Assembly (NCBI GenBank): GCA_012974445.1
Contig: JAAXQG010000289.1
Location: forward strand, 1 to 54,200
Direction of reading: 5' to 3'
Length of the DNA stretch: 54,200 nucleotides
DNA from: Desulfuromonadales bacterium
GTDB taxonomy: Bacteria > Desulfobacterota > Desulfuromonadia > Desulfuromonadales > JAAXQG01
Positions 37,249 to 46,506 of the stretch are shown one piece after another (within the stretch, counting starts at the first letter, position 1; each line of letters starts with the position of its first letter). The position numbers and the translations under genes were made by a program. The notes beneath the pieces were generated by a model. The model saw only the letters and a program-made list of their open reading frames with translations, was not told the origin of the DNA and ran no database searches.

Positions 37249-37637
37249 AAAGAGTTATCATCGCAGATGATTCGGCCACAGCACGGATGTTCATCAAGCG
37301 CTGTCTTGAAATCGTCGGCCTGAGCGACGCCGAATTTATCGAGGCCGCCAACGGCAAGGAAGCCTTGGAGGCTTTGAAGGCTGCTCCCGCCGACCTCCTG
37401 GTTTCTGATCTGAACATGCCAGTCATGGATGGAGAAACTTTGCTCAAATGGGTTCAAGCAAGCCCAAAGCTCAACGGAATCCCCGTGATTGTCGTCACCA
37501 GCGCGGGCAATCCGGCCAAGGAGGCGCAACTCAAAGCCCTGGGCGCCCGAGCGGTTCTCAACAAACCCATTGCCCCCCCTGCGCTTATGCAGGCACTGGA
37601 ACCTATTCTGAATTCCTGGGGAGGCTCAGATGACTGA
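37245..37637 (+). CDS. cheY: Single-domain response regulator (CheY-like)
   Basis: ADDS, SDLNMP, VT and KP conserved; GTG start overlaps the HDOD stop. Confidence 0.85.
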   Translation: MKRVIIADDSATARMFIKRCLEIVGLSDAEFIEAANGKEALEALKAAPADLLVSDLNMPVMDGETLLKWVQASPKLNGIPVIVVTSAGNPAKEAQLKALGARAVLNKPIAPPALMQALEPILNSWGGSDD

Positions 37638-38124
37638 GAATTCCCCCCTTATATCAGCAAAAATAGCAGAAGCCGTCTCCGAAACTTTCGGCAATATGGC
37701 CTTTCTGGACGTCGCCCCCGTACAGGACGCAACTCTGCCCGAGGACGTCCAGCAAGTAATCTGGGCGAAACTGCTGATCCATGATCCCATCCAGAGCGAA
37801 ATGATGCTGTACATTCCTGAATCGGCCCTGAGTACCATCGCCAAATCTATCTATGCCATCCCCGAGGATGAACTCAGCTCTCAGATCAAGATTGACTGCA
37901 TCGCAGAGCTGTTGAACACTATAGCCGGGCGTTTTTTGACAGACATCCTTCCGGCGGATCGGTCTTTTCAACTTGGACTGCCGGAAACAGGAGAAACCCC
38001 CGGGTCGGAGATAGAACTGCTTGCCAACAGCTGGCATTTTCTCGTAGACAACTGTAACCCCATTGTCCTGAACGCCACGGCAATGGATCAACTTGAACAG
38101 ATAAACACGAACATTGTCATCTAA
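37630..38124 (+). CDS. CheX-like protein (divergent)
   Basis: AVSETFGNMAF, DCIAELLNTIAG (ExxN), LGLP. Confidence 0.72.
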   Translation: MTENSPLISAKIAEAVSETFGNMAFLDVAPVQDATLPEDVQQVIWAKLLIHDPIQSEMMLYIPESALSTIAKSIYAIPEDELSSQIKIDCIAELLNTIAGRFLTDILPADRSFQLGLPETGETPGSEIELLANSWHFLVDNCNPIVLNATAMDQLEQINTNIVI

Positions 38125-38150
38125 GAATGATGTGACAAAGGAGAGCAAAA

Positions 38151-38522
38151 ATGGGAAAACGTATATTGATCGTCGATGATTCCAGCACCATGCGTAAGAT
38201 TGTCGCCCGCTCCCTGCGGCAGGCAGGTCTCGACTTCAGTGAAATTCTGGAGGCGGCGGATGGTCAGCTGGCCATCGACCTGCTGGCTACAGAAAAAGTT
38301 GACATTATTCTCTCGGACATCAATATGCCCAATATGAATGGTCTGGAGTTTCTCAAGGCCAAATCTGAGATCGACGCCATCAAGGACATCCCCGTCGTGG
38401 TTATCTCTACCGAGGGAGGTGCTGACATCATCGGTGAGGCCACTTCTCTAGGCGCGAAAGGCAGCATCAAGAAACCTTTTACCGCAGATGCCATCGAGCA
38501 GGTATTAGGACCTCTTCTCTAG
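38151..38522 (+). CDS. cheY: Single-domain response regulator CheY
   Basis: VDDS, SDINMPNMNG, STEG, KKPF. Confidence 0.9.
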   Translation: MGKRILIVDDSSTMRKIVARSLRQAGLDFSEILEAADGQLAIDLLATEKVDIILSDINMPNMNGLEFLKAKSEIDAIKDIPVVVISTEGGADIIGEATSLGAKGSIKKPFTADAIEQVLGPLL

Positions 38523-38536
38523 AAAGGAGACCTCTT

Positions 38537-38995
38537 TTGGAACTCTCGGAAAGCATTATCAGCTCCACCATCGAGATCTTCGAATCCATGCTTATGATGG
38601 ATGCCAAGGCAGGCGATCCACTTGACGAAGAGGTGAAGACTTTTCGCTGCTCAGTCTCCGGGATCGTGGGGCTGGCGGGTACGCACAAGGGAATGCTTTC
38701 GATCCATATCCCCGAAACCGTCGCCATGGCCATCACCGCCAGCTTTATAGGCATGGATGTGGACGAGATCAACGAGGACGTCAAGGACGCCATCGGAGAG
38801 CTGGCCAACATGCTGGCCGGAAGCATCAAGTCGGCCCTATCCGAGAACGGTAAGGACATCCAGATTTCGATCCCCTCGGCCATACACGGCCAGGAATACA
38901 GCATCGAATGTCTGGCCGAATCGGACTGGGTCATCGTTCCCTTCCAGATTCCCCCCGGGGAGTTCCTGGTAGAGCTTCAGCTCAAATCCACCTGA
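38537..38995 (+). CDS. cheX: CheX phosphatase
   Basis: VSGIVGLAG, DAIGELANMLAG, ISIPS; TTG start after AAGGAG. Confidence 0.9.
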   Translation: MELSESIISSTIEIFESMLMMDAKAGDPLDEEVKTFRCSVSGIVGLAGTHKGMLSIHIPETVAMAITASFIGMDVDEINEDVKDAIGELANMLAGSIKSALSENGKDIQISIPSAIHGQEYSIECLAESDWVIVPFQIPPGEFLVELQLKST

Positions 38996-39014
38996 GATCC
39001 TGCATTCATGCATT

Positions 39015-39053
39015 AATGGCATGCCGCCTCATGGCTGATGGGGGCATGCCATT
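39015..39053. other. Intergenic stem-loop between the two cheX paralogs
   Basis: AATGGCATGCC...GGCATGCCATT, 11-bp perfect arms. Confidence 0.55.
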
Positions 39054-39083
39054 TTGAGCGTTGCCCCGCGAAAGGAGAGCGTC

Positions 39084-39551
39084 TTGGACATAACTGCACT
39101 GCTTAAGGCGTCACTGCAAGACATCTTTATGACAATGATCCCTCTGGAGCTCACCGAGGGCACCCAGAGTGTGGATCTATCCGCAGCAGCGGTATTTCAC
39201 GTCTCCGGTATGATCGGCGTTTCCGGTCATTATCAGGGGATGCTTGCCCTTCACTGCTCCAACGAGGTTGCCGAAGCCATCACCATCGCCTTTTTAATGC
39301 TGGAAGAGGGAGAACAGGTGGAAAGCAGCGACCTCAAAGACGCCATAGGTGAGCTGGTTAACATGGTCGCCGGTGGCCTCAAAGGGGGTTTTGCCACACA
39401 CGACATCGATATTTCTATCGCAGTGCCGACGACTATTGCCGGGCGAGCCTACACAATTAATTGTTTATCTAATGCAAGTTGGGTTAATATCCCTTTTCGT
39501 CTTGAATCAGGTGATTTGACACTGGAATTCAAATACAGGGAGACGGCCTGA
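39084..39551 (+). CDS. cheX: CheX phosphatase paralog
   Basis: VSGMIGVSG, DAIGELVNMVAG, IAVPT; TTG start at 39084 after AAGGAG. Confidence 0.88.
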   Translation: MDITALLKASLQDIFMTMIPLELTEGTQSVDLSAAAVFHVSGMIGVSGHYQGMLALHCSNEVAEAITIAFLMLEEGEQVESSDLKDAIGELVNMVAGGLKGGFATHDIDISIAVPTTIAGRAYTINCLSNASWVNIPFRLESGDLTLEFKYRETA

Positions 39552-39560
39552 GGATAGAAT

Positions 39561-41399
39561 TTGAAGAATAAGGCTGTTATTGACCATATAATCGGAACGG
39601 CCAACTCCCGCATGGCCGAGGAGATGTCAACCCTTCTCGGCCAGAAGGTCAATCAGAGCAACCTCATGGTTATTCTGACGACCAAGGAGGAATATTTTTC
39701 CGAGCCTCAGGGCAAGGCCGCCCTGACCCATATGCAGATCTCCGGTGAAGGAGAAGGGGATTCGTACGTCCTTATTTCGCAGGATGCCGCCGTTTTTCTC
39801 GGCGGAACGCTCATCATGCTGCCCGATGACGAGATCGAATCCCGCATCAAGTCGGGGCTCTTCGATGGCGAGGAGGCCGATGCCTTCGGTGAGATCGCCA
39901 ATATCATTGCCGGCGCCTACACCTCGACCTTTCTTGACCTGTATAAAAAAAGTCTCCGTTTCGTCAAGACCTCCGTCGCCCCCATGATCCCGACCAAGGT
40001 CGATGTGGATGCGGATGAACCTTTCCCCCCCGGAGACTACTGTCACGCCCGCTGCACCCTCGACCTCGAGGGCAGGGATCTGGGTTTTCTCGACTTCCTG
40101 ATTCCGGCATCAATCCTCGGTCTCGAATCCGAAACAGTGGCCCCCACAGCCGCAGTACCGCCTTCTCCGACACCTCCGGCCCAGCCCCAGGTGGAAACAG
40201 AGGCGCCTTCCAAAACTATCCCCTCGACTCAGGCGCCACAGGACGAAACCGAGAAAGCAGAAGTTGCTCCCAGTATTTCCCAGGTCTCGAAAAATGTGCC
40301 TGAATCAACCCTCGAGCACGTTCTTTCCAAGGCCTTGGAAAGAACAGCTGTTGAGCTCAGTGCGCTACTTGGACATACCCTGGGATTCGAGGACCAACAC
40401 CTTGAGTTACTGACCAAGGAAGCCTTCTTTGAAACTCCCCGTGATCTCTCGGTACTGAGTCGTCTGAATCTACAGGTCGAAGAACAGACGGGGCAGGGCT
40501 TTTTGCTCACCCGCATCAGTGACTCGGTGATTCTGGGGGGCACACTGATCATGCTCCCCCCTGATGAATTGGAAAACCGGGTCTCCGAAGGAAAGCTGTC
40601 GGGGGAAGAGCGGGATGCCTTCGAGGAAGTGGCCAATATTGTAGCGGGAGCACTGAGTGCCTGTTTCCTCGATCTCTATCCCCTGCCCTTGCGCCTGAGC
40701 AAGGCTGGGATCGAAGATCTGGCTCCCACGAAAGTCGACCCTGAAGGGCCTGAACCCTTCCCCCCCGGCTCTTACTACTGCCTTGGATCAGACATTGTCT
40801 TTGAAGGCTACGAGATGGGACGCATCGAACTGGTGCTCCCCCCCGAGCTGTTAGGTGTGGCTTCGCAGCAGCAGGCTACTTCCACCACCAAAGAGCAGCC
40901 GACATCTTCGCCAGCTCCGGCCTCCGGCACCGAAGCCTCTCATGCGGCATCCGGAACAGGCAGTGCCCCCCCTGCTGTGCATAGTGAAGAATTTGAGGAG
41001 ACCGCCTCAGAGACTGCGTCAGTACAGACGCATGCCGTGGTTCTGGTACTGTCCAATGACACCAACAATAGCGACATCTTCATTCAGTCCCTCCAGCAAT
41101 CGGAACTCTCCTGCGTCAGTGCCGGGTTACAAGATAACTTCAAGGAAATCCTGACTCAGAATAATGTAAAGGGAATTTTCCTGGTACTTAAAGAGGTGGA
41201 CGAGCAGGGTTTTGCTGCGGCCATCAGGCTTCAGTCAGCCAACCAGAAGAGCATACCGGTTGTTATAGCCGGCCCAGAGTGGACCCGCTCCAAAGTCATC
41301 AAAGCCGTACATTACGGTGCTCAGGACATCCTGGTTACGCCTTCAGATACGACGGAAATCACCGAAAAGATTCGCCTGCACCTTACGAAGATGGGGTAA
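39561..41399 (+). CDS. Tandem CheC/CheX/FliY-like domains plus C-terminal pseudo-receiver
   Basis: Two ~190-aa repeats (LGGTLIMLP...DAFGEIANII and LGGTLIMLP...DAFEEVANIV), Pro/Ala/Thr linkers and a REC-like C-terminus. Confidence 0.75.
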   Translation: MKNKAVIDHIIGTANSRMAEEMSTLLGQKVNQSNLMVILTTKEEYFSEPQGKAALTHMQISGEGEGDSYVLISQDAAVFLGGTLIMLPDDEIESRIKSGLFDGEEADAFGEIANIIAGAYTSTFLDLYKKSLRFVKTSVAPMIPTKVDVDADEPFPPGDYCHARCTLDLEGRDLGFLDFLIPASILGLESETVAPTAAVPPSPTPPAQPQVETEAPSKTIPSTQAPQDETEKAEVAPSISQVSKNVPESTLEHVLSKALERTAVELSALLGHTLGFEDQHLELLTKEAFFETPRDLSVLSRLNLQVEEQTGQGFLLTRISDSVILGGTLIMLPPDELENRVSEGKLSGEERDAFEEVANIVAGALSACFLDLYPLPLRLSKAGIEDLAPTKVDPEGPEPFPPGSYYCLGSDIVFEGYEMGRIELVLPPELLGVASQQQATSTTKEQPTSSPAPASGTEASHAASGTGSAPPAVHSEEFEETASETASVQTHAVVLVLSNDTNNSDIFIQSLQQSELSCVSAGLQDNFKEILTQNNVKGIFLVLKEVDEQGFAAAIRLQSANQKSIPVVIAGPEWTRSKVIKAVHYGAQDILVTPSDTTEITEKIRLHLTKMG

Positions 41400-41420
41400 T
41401 TCCGGATCGGGCGACCAATC

Positions 41421-42428
41421 TCAGTCCTTCTTTCGAAACTCTCTGGAGAAAGAGAAGCTCAGCTTCTTTTTTTTGATCTTTTCGATAAGCGTCGTTCGCT
41501 TTAAATTCAGCAGTTCCGCCGCCTCTTTCTTGTTTCCCCCTGTACGAGTCATTGCCTGAAGAATAAGCCGGTCCTCATAATTACTGATCAGAGTGTTGAA
41601 ATCGAGCCCCTTTTCATCGATGGAAAGCGGCTGGTCAGCCTCAACATTTCCGTCGACATGTCTGGTGTATTTTTCCGGCAAATCTCCCACCCCGATCAGC
41701 TCGCCTCTATGAAGGATGGACATGCGCTGAACAAGGTTGCGCAATTCACGGATATTTCCCGGCCAGGAATAGAGCTGCAGCACATCGACGGCCTGATGAT
41801 CAAACCTTACGGGAGGACTTGCCTTGATGGCGGCGAACTCGGTGGTAAAAGTCTCAATCAGCAAAGGGATATCTTCAGCATGTGTGCGCAGGGGGGGCAA
41901 ACTCAGAGGGATCACACAGAGACGATAATAGAGATCCTCACGAAACAAGCCCTTCTCTACAGCTTGTTCAAGATTCCGGTGAGTTGCGGCTACGACCCTT
42001 ATGTCGGTCTTGACGGGCTTGACACTGCCTACAGGCTCGACCTCCTGCTCCTGCAGTACCCTGAGCAACTTGGCCTGCAGGGCCGGCTTCATGTCGCCAA
42101 TCTCATCCAGAAAGAGGGTGCCCCCCTGGGCGTACTGAATGCGCCCGATCTTTGCCTGGGTCGCACCGGTAAAGGCTCCCTTGACGTAACCGAAAAGCTC
42201 GCTCTCCAGTAATTCATCGGGAATTGCCGCACAGTTGACGGGAACCAGATTTTTGTCGCGACGGGGACTCATGAGATGAATCGCCTTGGCAACGAGCTCT
42301 TTTCCCGTGCCACTTTCCCCCTGGATCAGCACGGTACTTTCCCCGTCATCGCCCACCTTTTTCATCAGAGAGAAAAGGTTTTCCATGACAGGGGAGCGCC
42401 CCACGAGTCCATAAAAACTATCTTTCAA
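41421..42428 (-). CDS. sigma54 enhancer-binding protein with no N-terminal sensor; FleQ/FlrA/FgrM-like flagellar master regulator candidate
   Basis: GESGTGKE, GAFTGA, FLDEIG, WPGNIREL, FleQ-like HTH LKRTTLIEKIKK; only about 5 aa precede the AAA+ domain. Confidence 0.85.
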   Translation of the reverse strand: MKDSFYGLVGRSPVMENLFSLMKKVGDDGESTVLIQGESGTGKELVAKAIHLMSPRRDKNLVPVNCAAIPDELLESELFGYVKGAFTGATQAKIGRIQYAQGGTLFLDEIGDMKPALQAKLLRVLQEQEVEPVGSVKPVKTDIRVVAATHRNLEQAVEKGLFREDLYYRLCVIPLSLPPLRTHAEDIPLLIETFTTEFAAIKASPPVRFDHQAVDVLQLYSWPGNIRELRNLVQRMSILHRGELIGVGDLPEKYTRHVDGNVEADQPLSIDEKGLDFNTLISNYEDRLILQAMTRTGGNKKEAAELLNLKRTTLIEKIKKKKLSFSFSREFRKKD

Positions 42429-42509
42429 AGATTGTTCCTTTCAGTGCAGAGAGTTTCAAACAACCTGTGCGCGAAACCACTGGACTTTATTGCCTGGGCC
42501 CCCTGAACT

Positions 42510-44714
42510 TCAGGCAGGTTCTAACCCGGCGAACTTCAACAACAGTTTCTTGTGTCCGGCCAACCCGAAATAGACGGTCACCTTCTGATTATCCCCCTGC
42601 CCCTCGATGCGGCGGATAGTGCCCACACCAAAGCGGCCGTGACGCACCTTCATCCCCAGACGCACCCCCTGCTCGGCATCGGGGACAACCCGAACCTCTT
42701 GTTCGAAATCAGCTTCGGGCTCCTCGCCTGAAAATTCAGGCTCCGGTACATCGGGGAGTTGATCGAAAATGGAGGCCAGATTATGCCCCTGGACAGCCTT
42801 GGGAGAAATGTCACGGGGCTTCAGGAGGCGCGAGGGAATTTCGGCGAGAAAGCGACTGGGAGCATTGAACTGGAAGGAGCCGTAAACCCGGCGCCTTCGA
42901 GCATGGGTAAGGGTCAACTCGGACATGGCCCGGGTCATCCCCACGTAGCAGAGGCGACGCTCTTCCTCAAGCTCCTCTGCTGCATCAATGGATCGCGAAT
43001 GGGGGAAAATCCCCTCTTCCATTCCTGTCAGGTAAACGATGGGATATTCCAACCCCTTGGCCGCATGCAGGGTCATCAGGCTCACCCGGTCGGCACTGCG
43101 ATCGTAGGCATCCAGATCGCTGATCAGCGCCGCCTGCTCCAGATAGTCCTGAAGGGTCAAATCGCTCCCCTCATGCTCCTCCATGGCCTTGAGCAGCTCG
43201 TTCAGATTATCCAACCGCCCCCGGGATTCTTCGGTTCGCTCCTGAAGCAGCGCAGGGCCATAACCACTTTCTTCGATGAGCTCGGAAGTCAACCGTGGAT
43301 AGGGGATGCTTTGCAGACGCTCTTTAAAACTCTCAATCAGATCGACGAATCGCCTGAGCTTTTTCTCGGCAGCTGCTCCGAGCATTCCCCGCTCAAGAGC
43401 CAGGCAGCAGGCAGGATAGAAGCCTCCAGCCTCCTCGTCGAGCTGGGCGATACGGGCAACCGTCGTCTTGCCGATTCCCCGGGGAGGGACGTTGACGATG
43501 CGCTGGGCCGAAATAGAGTCCGAGGGATTGAGCAAAATACGCAGGTACGCCAGAATGTCCTTGATCTCCATGCGGCTGAAAAACTTCAAACCGCCAAACA
43601 TGGCATAGGGGACTTTCTCCCGCACCAGAGCCTCTTCAAAAGAGCGTGACTGGGCGTTGGTGCGATAAAAAACAGCGACCTCCCGCAGAAGCCTGCCCTG
43701 AGAGCGCAGCTGTGCAATCTGCGAAGCCACGAAGCGAGCCTCCTCCAGATCGTCCGAAAGCTCTTCGCTGCCTATGGGCACCCCTGCGGGATTGTCGGTC
43801 CAGAGGGTCTTGCCCTTGCGGCCCAGATTATGAGAGACGACTTCGTTGGCTGCCTCGAGGATATTGGCGCTGGAGCGGTAATTCTGCTCCAGACGGATCA
43901 CTAGGGCATCGGGATAGTCGCGCTCGAACCCCAGGATATTCTCCAGATCCGCTCCCCGCCAGCGATAGATGGACTGATCATCGTCCCCGACGACACAGAG
44001 ATTACGGTGCACGGAAGCCAGAAGGCGCACGATGGAGTACTGGACCTGATTGGTATCCTGAAATTCATCGACCAGCAGATGCTCGAAGCGCTGAGCGTAA
44101 CGCTGAAGGACCTCGGGGTGCTTCTGAAAGAGCCGAAGCACCAGAAGAAGCAGATCACCGAAATCCAAGGCGTTATACTGCACCAGGCGCTTCTGATAAA
44201 GGGCGTAAACCGAGGCGATCTGCTCGGAACGAAAATCCGAAGGGCTTAAATCTTCGGGCCACTGCCCCTGATTCTTGGCGGCGTCGATGGCGCAGCCCAC
44301 ATCCCCGGGGCGAAGGGTCTTCTCCGAAATCCCCAGCTCGAGCAGGCAGTCACGCAGCAGGCGCTTCTGGTCCTGATCGTCATAGATAGTGAAGTCGCGG
44401 CGATAGCCCAGGGCCTCGATTTCCCGGCGCAATATCCGCACGCATGTGGCATGAAAGGTTGCCACCCAGGGCAGCTCCTGTCGTCCCAGCAGCTCCTCAA
44501 GGCGCTCTCGCATTTCGGAGGCGGCCTTGTTGGTAAAGGTTACGGCCAGAACCTTCCAGGGCTCAACCCGGCGCTCTCGGATCAGCCAGGCCACCCGGCG
44601 GGTCAGGGTGCGGGTCTTGCCCGAACCTGCACCGGCCAGAATGAGCAGAGGGCCTTCGGCCTGCTCCACGGCCTGACACTGCATCTCATTGAGCCCGTCA
44701 AGCATCGCGTTCAT
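42510..44714 (-). CDS. pcrA: ATP-dependent DNA helicase PcrA/UvrD
   Basis: AGAGSGKT, DEFQD, GDDDQSIY, QNYRS, HAAKGLE, EERRLCYVGMTRA; C-terminal Tudor-like domain. Confidence 0.96.
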   Translation of the reverse strand: MNAMLDGLNEMQCQAVEQAEGPLLILAGAGSGKTRTLTRRVAWLIRERRVEPWKVLAVTFTNKAASEMRERLEELLGRQELPWVATFHATCVRILRREIEALGYRRDFTIYDDQDQKRLLRDCLLELGISEKTLRPGDVGCAIDAAKNQGQWPEDLSPSDFRSEQIASVYALYQKRLVQYNALDFGDLLLLVLRLFQKHPEVLQRYAQRFEHLLVDEFQDTNQVQYSIVRLLASVHRNLCVVGDDDQSIYRWRGADLENILGFERDYPDALVIRLEQNYRSSANILEAANEVVSHNLGRKGKTLWTDNPAGVPIGSEELSDDLEEARFVASQIAQLRSQGRLLREVAVFYRTNAQSRSFEEALVREKVPYAMFGGLKFFSRMEIKDILAYLRILLNPSDSISAQRIVNVPPRGIGKTTVARIAQLDEEAGGFYPACCLALERGMLGAAAEKKLRRFVDLIESFKERLQSIPYPRLTSELIEESGYGPALLQERTEESRGRLDNLNELLKAMEEHEGSDLTLQDYLEQAALISDLDAYDRSADRVSLMTLHAAKGLEYPIVYLTGMEEGIFPHSRSIDAAEELEEERRLCYVGMTRAMSELTLTHARRRRVYGSFQFNAPSRFLAEIPSRLLKPRDISPKAVQGHNLASIFDQLPDVPEPEFSGEEPEADFEQEVRVVPDAEQGVRLGMKVRHGRFGVGTIRRIEGQGDNQKVTVYFGLAGHKKLLLKFAGLEPA

Positions 44715-46501
44715 GATTCTGACTCCTCGAAACTGCGGTTCATCAGTGCCCGGTTATAGGCCGAGATGATATCCCGCCGGGAGATAATCCCCACCAGCTT
44801 TCCTCCGTCCCCTTCGACTACGGGGAGCTGCTCGATATTACGATAACCCACCTTGCGCATGGCCTGGTCAAGGTCCTCTTCGGGGCAGACCGTGATCACC
44901 CGGGTGGTGGCCAGCTCCTTGACCACTACCAGATCCATCAGATCAGGCTCGAAAACCACCCCCATGAAGTCCTGCACCGAGATAATCCCTGTCAGGGCTC
45001 CATAGGCATCGACCAGGGGGAAATTGGTGTGATGGGTACTAGCGACGAAGTCGGTGAACTGACGCAGGGTCATGCTCTCGGGGACGGTTTCCAGATCACG
45101 CGCCATCACATCGCCGACTTTCAGTGACTTCATGATGTTGCGCTCCTTGCCCGCCTCCAGGTCGATCCCCGCCCGGGCCAGCTCGAAGGTCTCAAGGCTG
45201 TGCTGCTTGAAGCGTCGACAAATCGCCGTGCCGATGACACAGGTAAGCATGATGGGTATGATGACCTGGTAGGAGGCCGTCATCTCGAACAGCAGAAAAA
45301 TGGCGGTCATGGGCGCATGGGTGGCCGCCGAGAGAAAGGCGCCCATGCCCACCAGAGCGTAGGCTCCGGGAGAGATGGCCATGGCGGGAAATAACATTTG
45401 AAGCAGCTTGCCGAAGGCCCCGCCGGTCATGGCGCCTATGTACATGGAAGGGGCGAAGAGCCCTCCGGGCATTCCCGATCCCAGGGTCACGGAGGTCGCC
45501 AGGATTTTCAACAGAATCAGGGCCATAAGCAGGGACCAGTGGCCGCCACCGTAGAGAACCTCTTCGATAAATTCGTAACCGTCTCCCAGCACCTGGGGAA
45601 AAGCGATGGCCATGAGCCCCAGTAGAAAACAGCCCAGAGCGGGCTTAAGCAGCCGGTGTATCTTCAGGGCGGCAAAGCGGTCCTTGATGCGGAAATGAAT
45701 ATCGATAAACCCCGCCGCCACCATGCCGATCACGACCCCGAGAATCACATAGAAAATCAGTTCCCAGGAGCTGGAGACCAGGTAAGGAGGCACAAGAAAT
45801 GCCGGATGATCTCCCAGCAGGGCCCGGGAGACCACGGTGCTCATGCCGCTGGCAATGACGATGGAGGTAAAGCTCGAGAGCTGGAACGAAGAGAGCAGCA
45901 CGATCTCGTGAGCGAAGAAAACTCCGGCGATGGGGGCGTTGAAGGTCGCGGCGACTCCGCCTGAGACCCCACAGGCCACGATGGTCTTCAGACTGTCGCT
46001 GCGCATCTTGAAAAGCTGCCCGATCTGGCTTCCGACCCCGCCGCCGATCTGGGCGATGGGTCCCTCGGGCCCCGCTGAGCCCCCCGTGCCCAGGGTTACG
46101 GCACAAGCCAGCCCCCGGGTCAGGATGTTGCGCCCGGGGAGCTTTCCCCCTCGCAGGTTGACCCGCTCCAGAAAGGAGGAGAATCCGAACTTAAGATCCT
46201 TGGCGAAAAAAATCCCCAGCGGCAGCAGCAGCAGGGCACCGACCATGGGGAAAAAGACGATAAGCAACCTCGAGAGCGACCAGTGCTCGAAGGAGATATC
46301 CAGCGCCCCCATTCCCTGCACGTAGACCAGATGATGGATGAGATCTATGGTCTGACGAAACCCGTAGTTGAGCAGTCCCGCCAGCAACCCGATGATGACG
46401 GCAAGCACCGCCATGAAGGTGTTCTCGCTGATCCGGAAACGCCTCATCAGGGCCGTGACCTGCTTCCGGACCCAGGACGGAATTTTTAGGGAAAAAGACA
46501 A
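44711..46501 (-). CDS. ClC-family anion channel/transporter with CBS pair, atypical filter
   Basis: GSAGPEGP, AATFNAPIAG, GGLFAP and two CBS domains. Start uncertain (TTG 46501 or ATG 46447). Confidence 0.92.
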   Translation of the reverse strand: MSFSLKIPSWVRKQVTALMRRFRISENTFMAVLAVIIGLLAGLLNYGFRQTIDLIHHLVYVQGMGALDISFEHWSLSRLLIVFFPMVGALLLLPLGIFFAKDLKFGFSSFLERVNLRGGKLPGRNILTRGLACAVTLGTGGSAGPEGPIAQIGGGVGSQIGQLFKMRSDSLKTIVACGVSGGVAATFNAPIAGVFFAHEIVLLSSFQLSSFTSIVIASGMSTVVSRALLGDHPAFLVPPYLVSSSWELIFYVILGVVIGMVAAGFIDIHFRIKDRFAALKIHRLLKPALGCFLLGLMAIAFPQVLGDGYEFIEEVLYGGGHWSLLMALILLKILATSVTLGSGMPGGLFAPSMYIGAMTGGAFGKLLQMLFPAMAISPGAYALVGMGAFLSAATHAPMTAIFLLFEMTASYQVIIPIMLTCVIGTAICRRFKQHSLETFELARAGIDLEAGKERNIMKSLKVGDVMARDLETVPESMTLRQFTDFVASTHHTNFPLVDAYGALTGIISVQDFMGVVFEPDLMDLVVVKELATTRVITVCPEEDLDQAMRKVGYRNIEQLPVVEGDGGKLVGIISRRDIISAYNRALMNRSFEESES

Positions 46502-46506
46502 AACAG

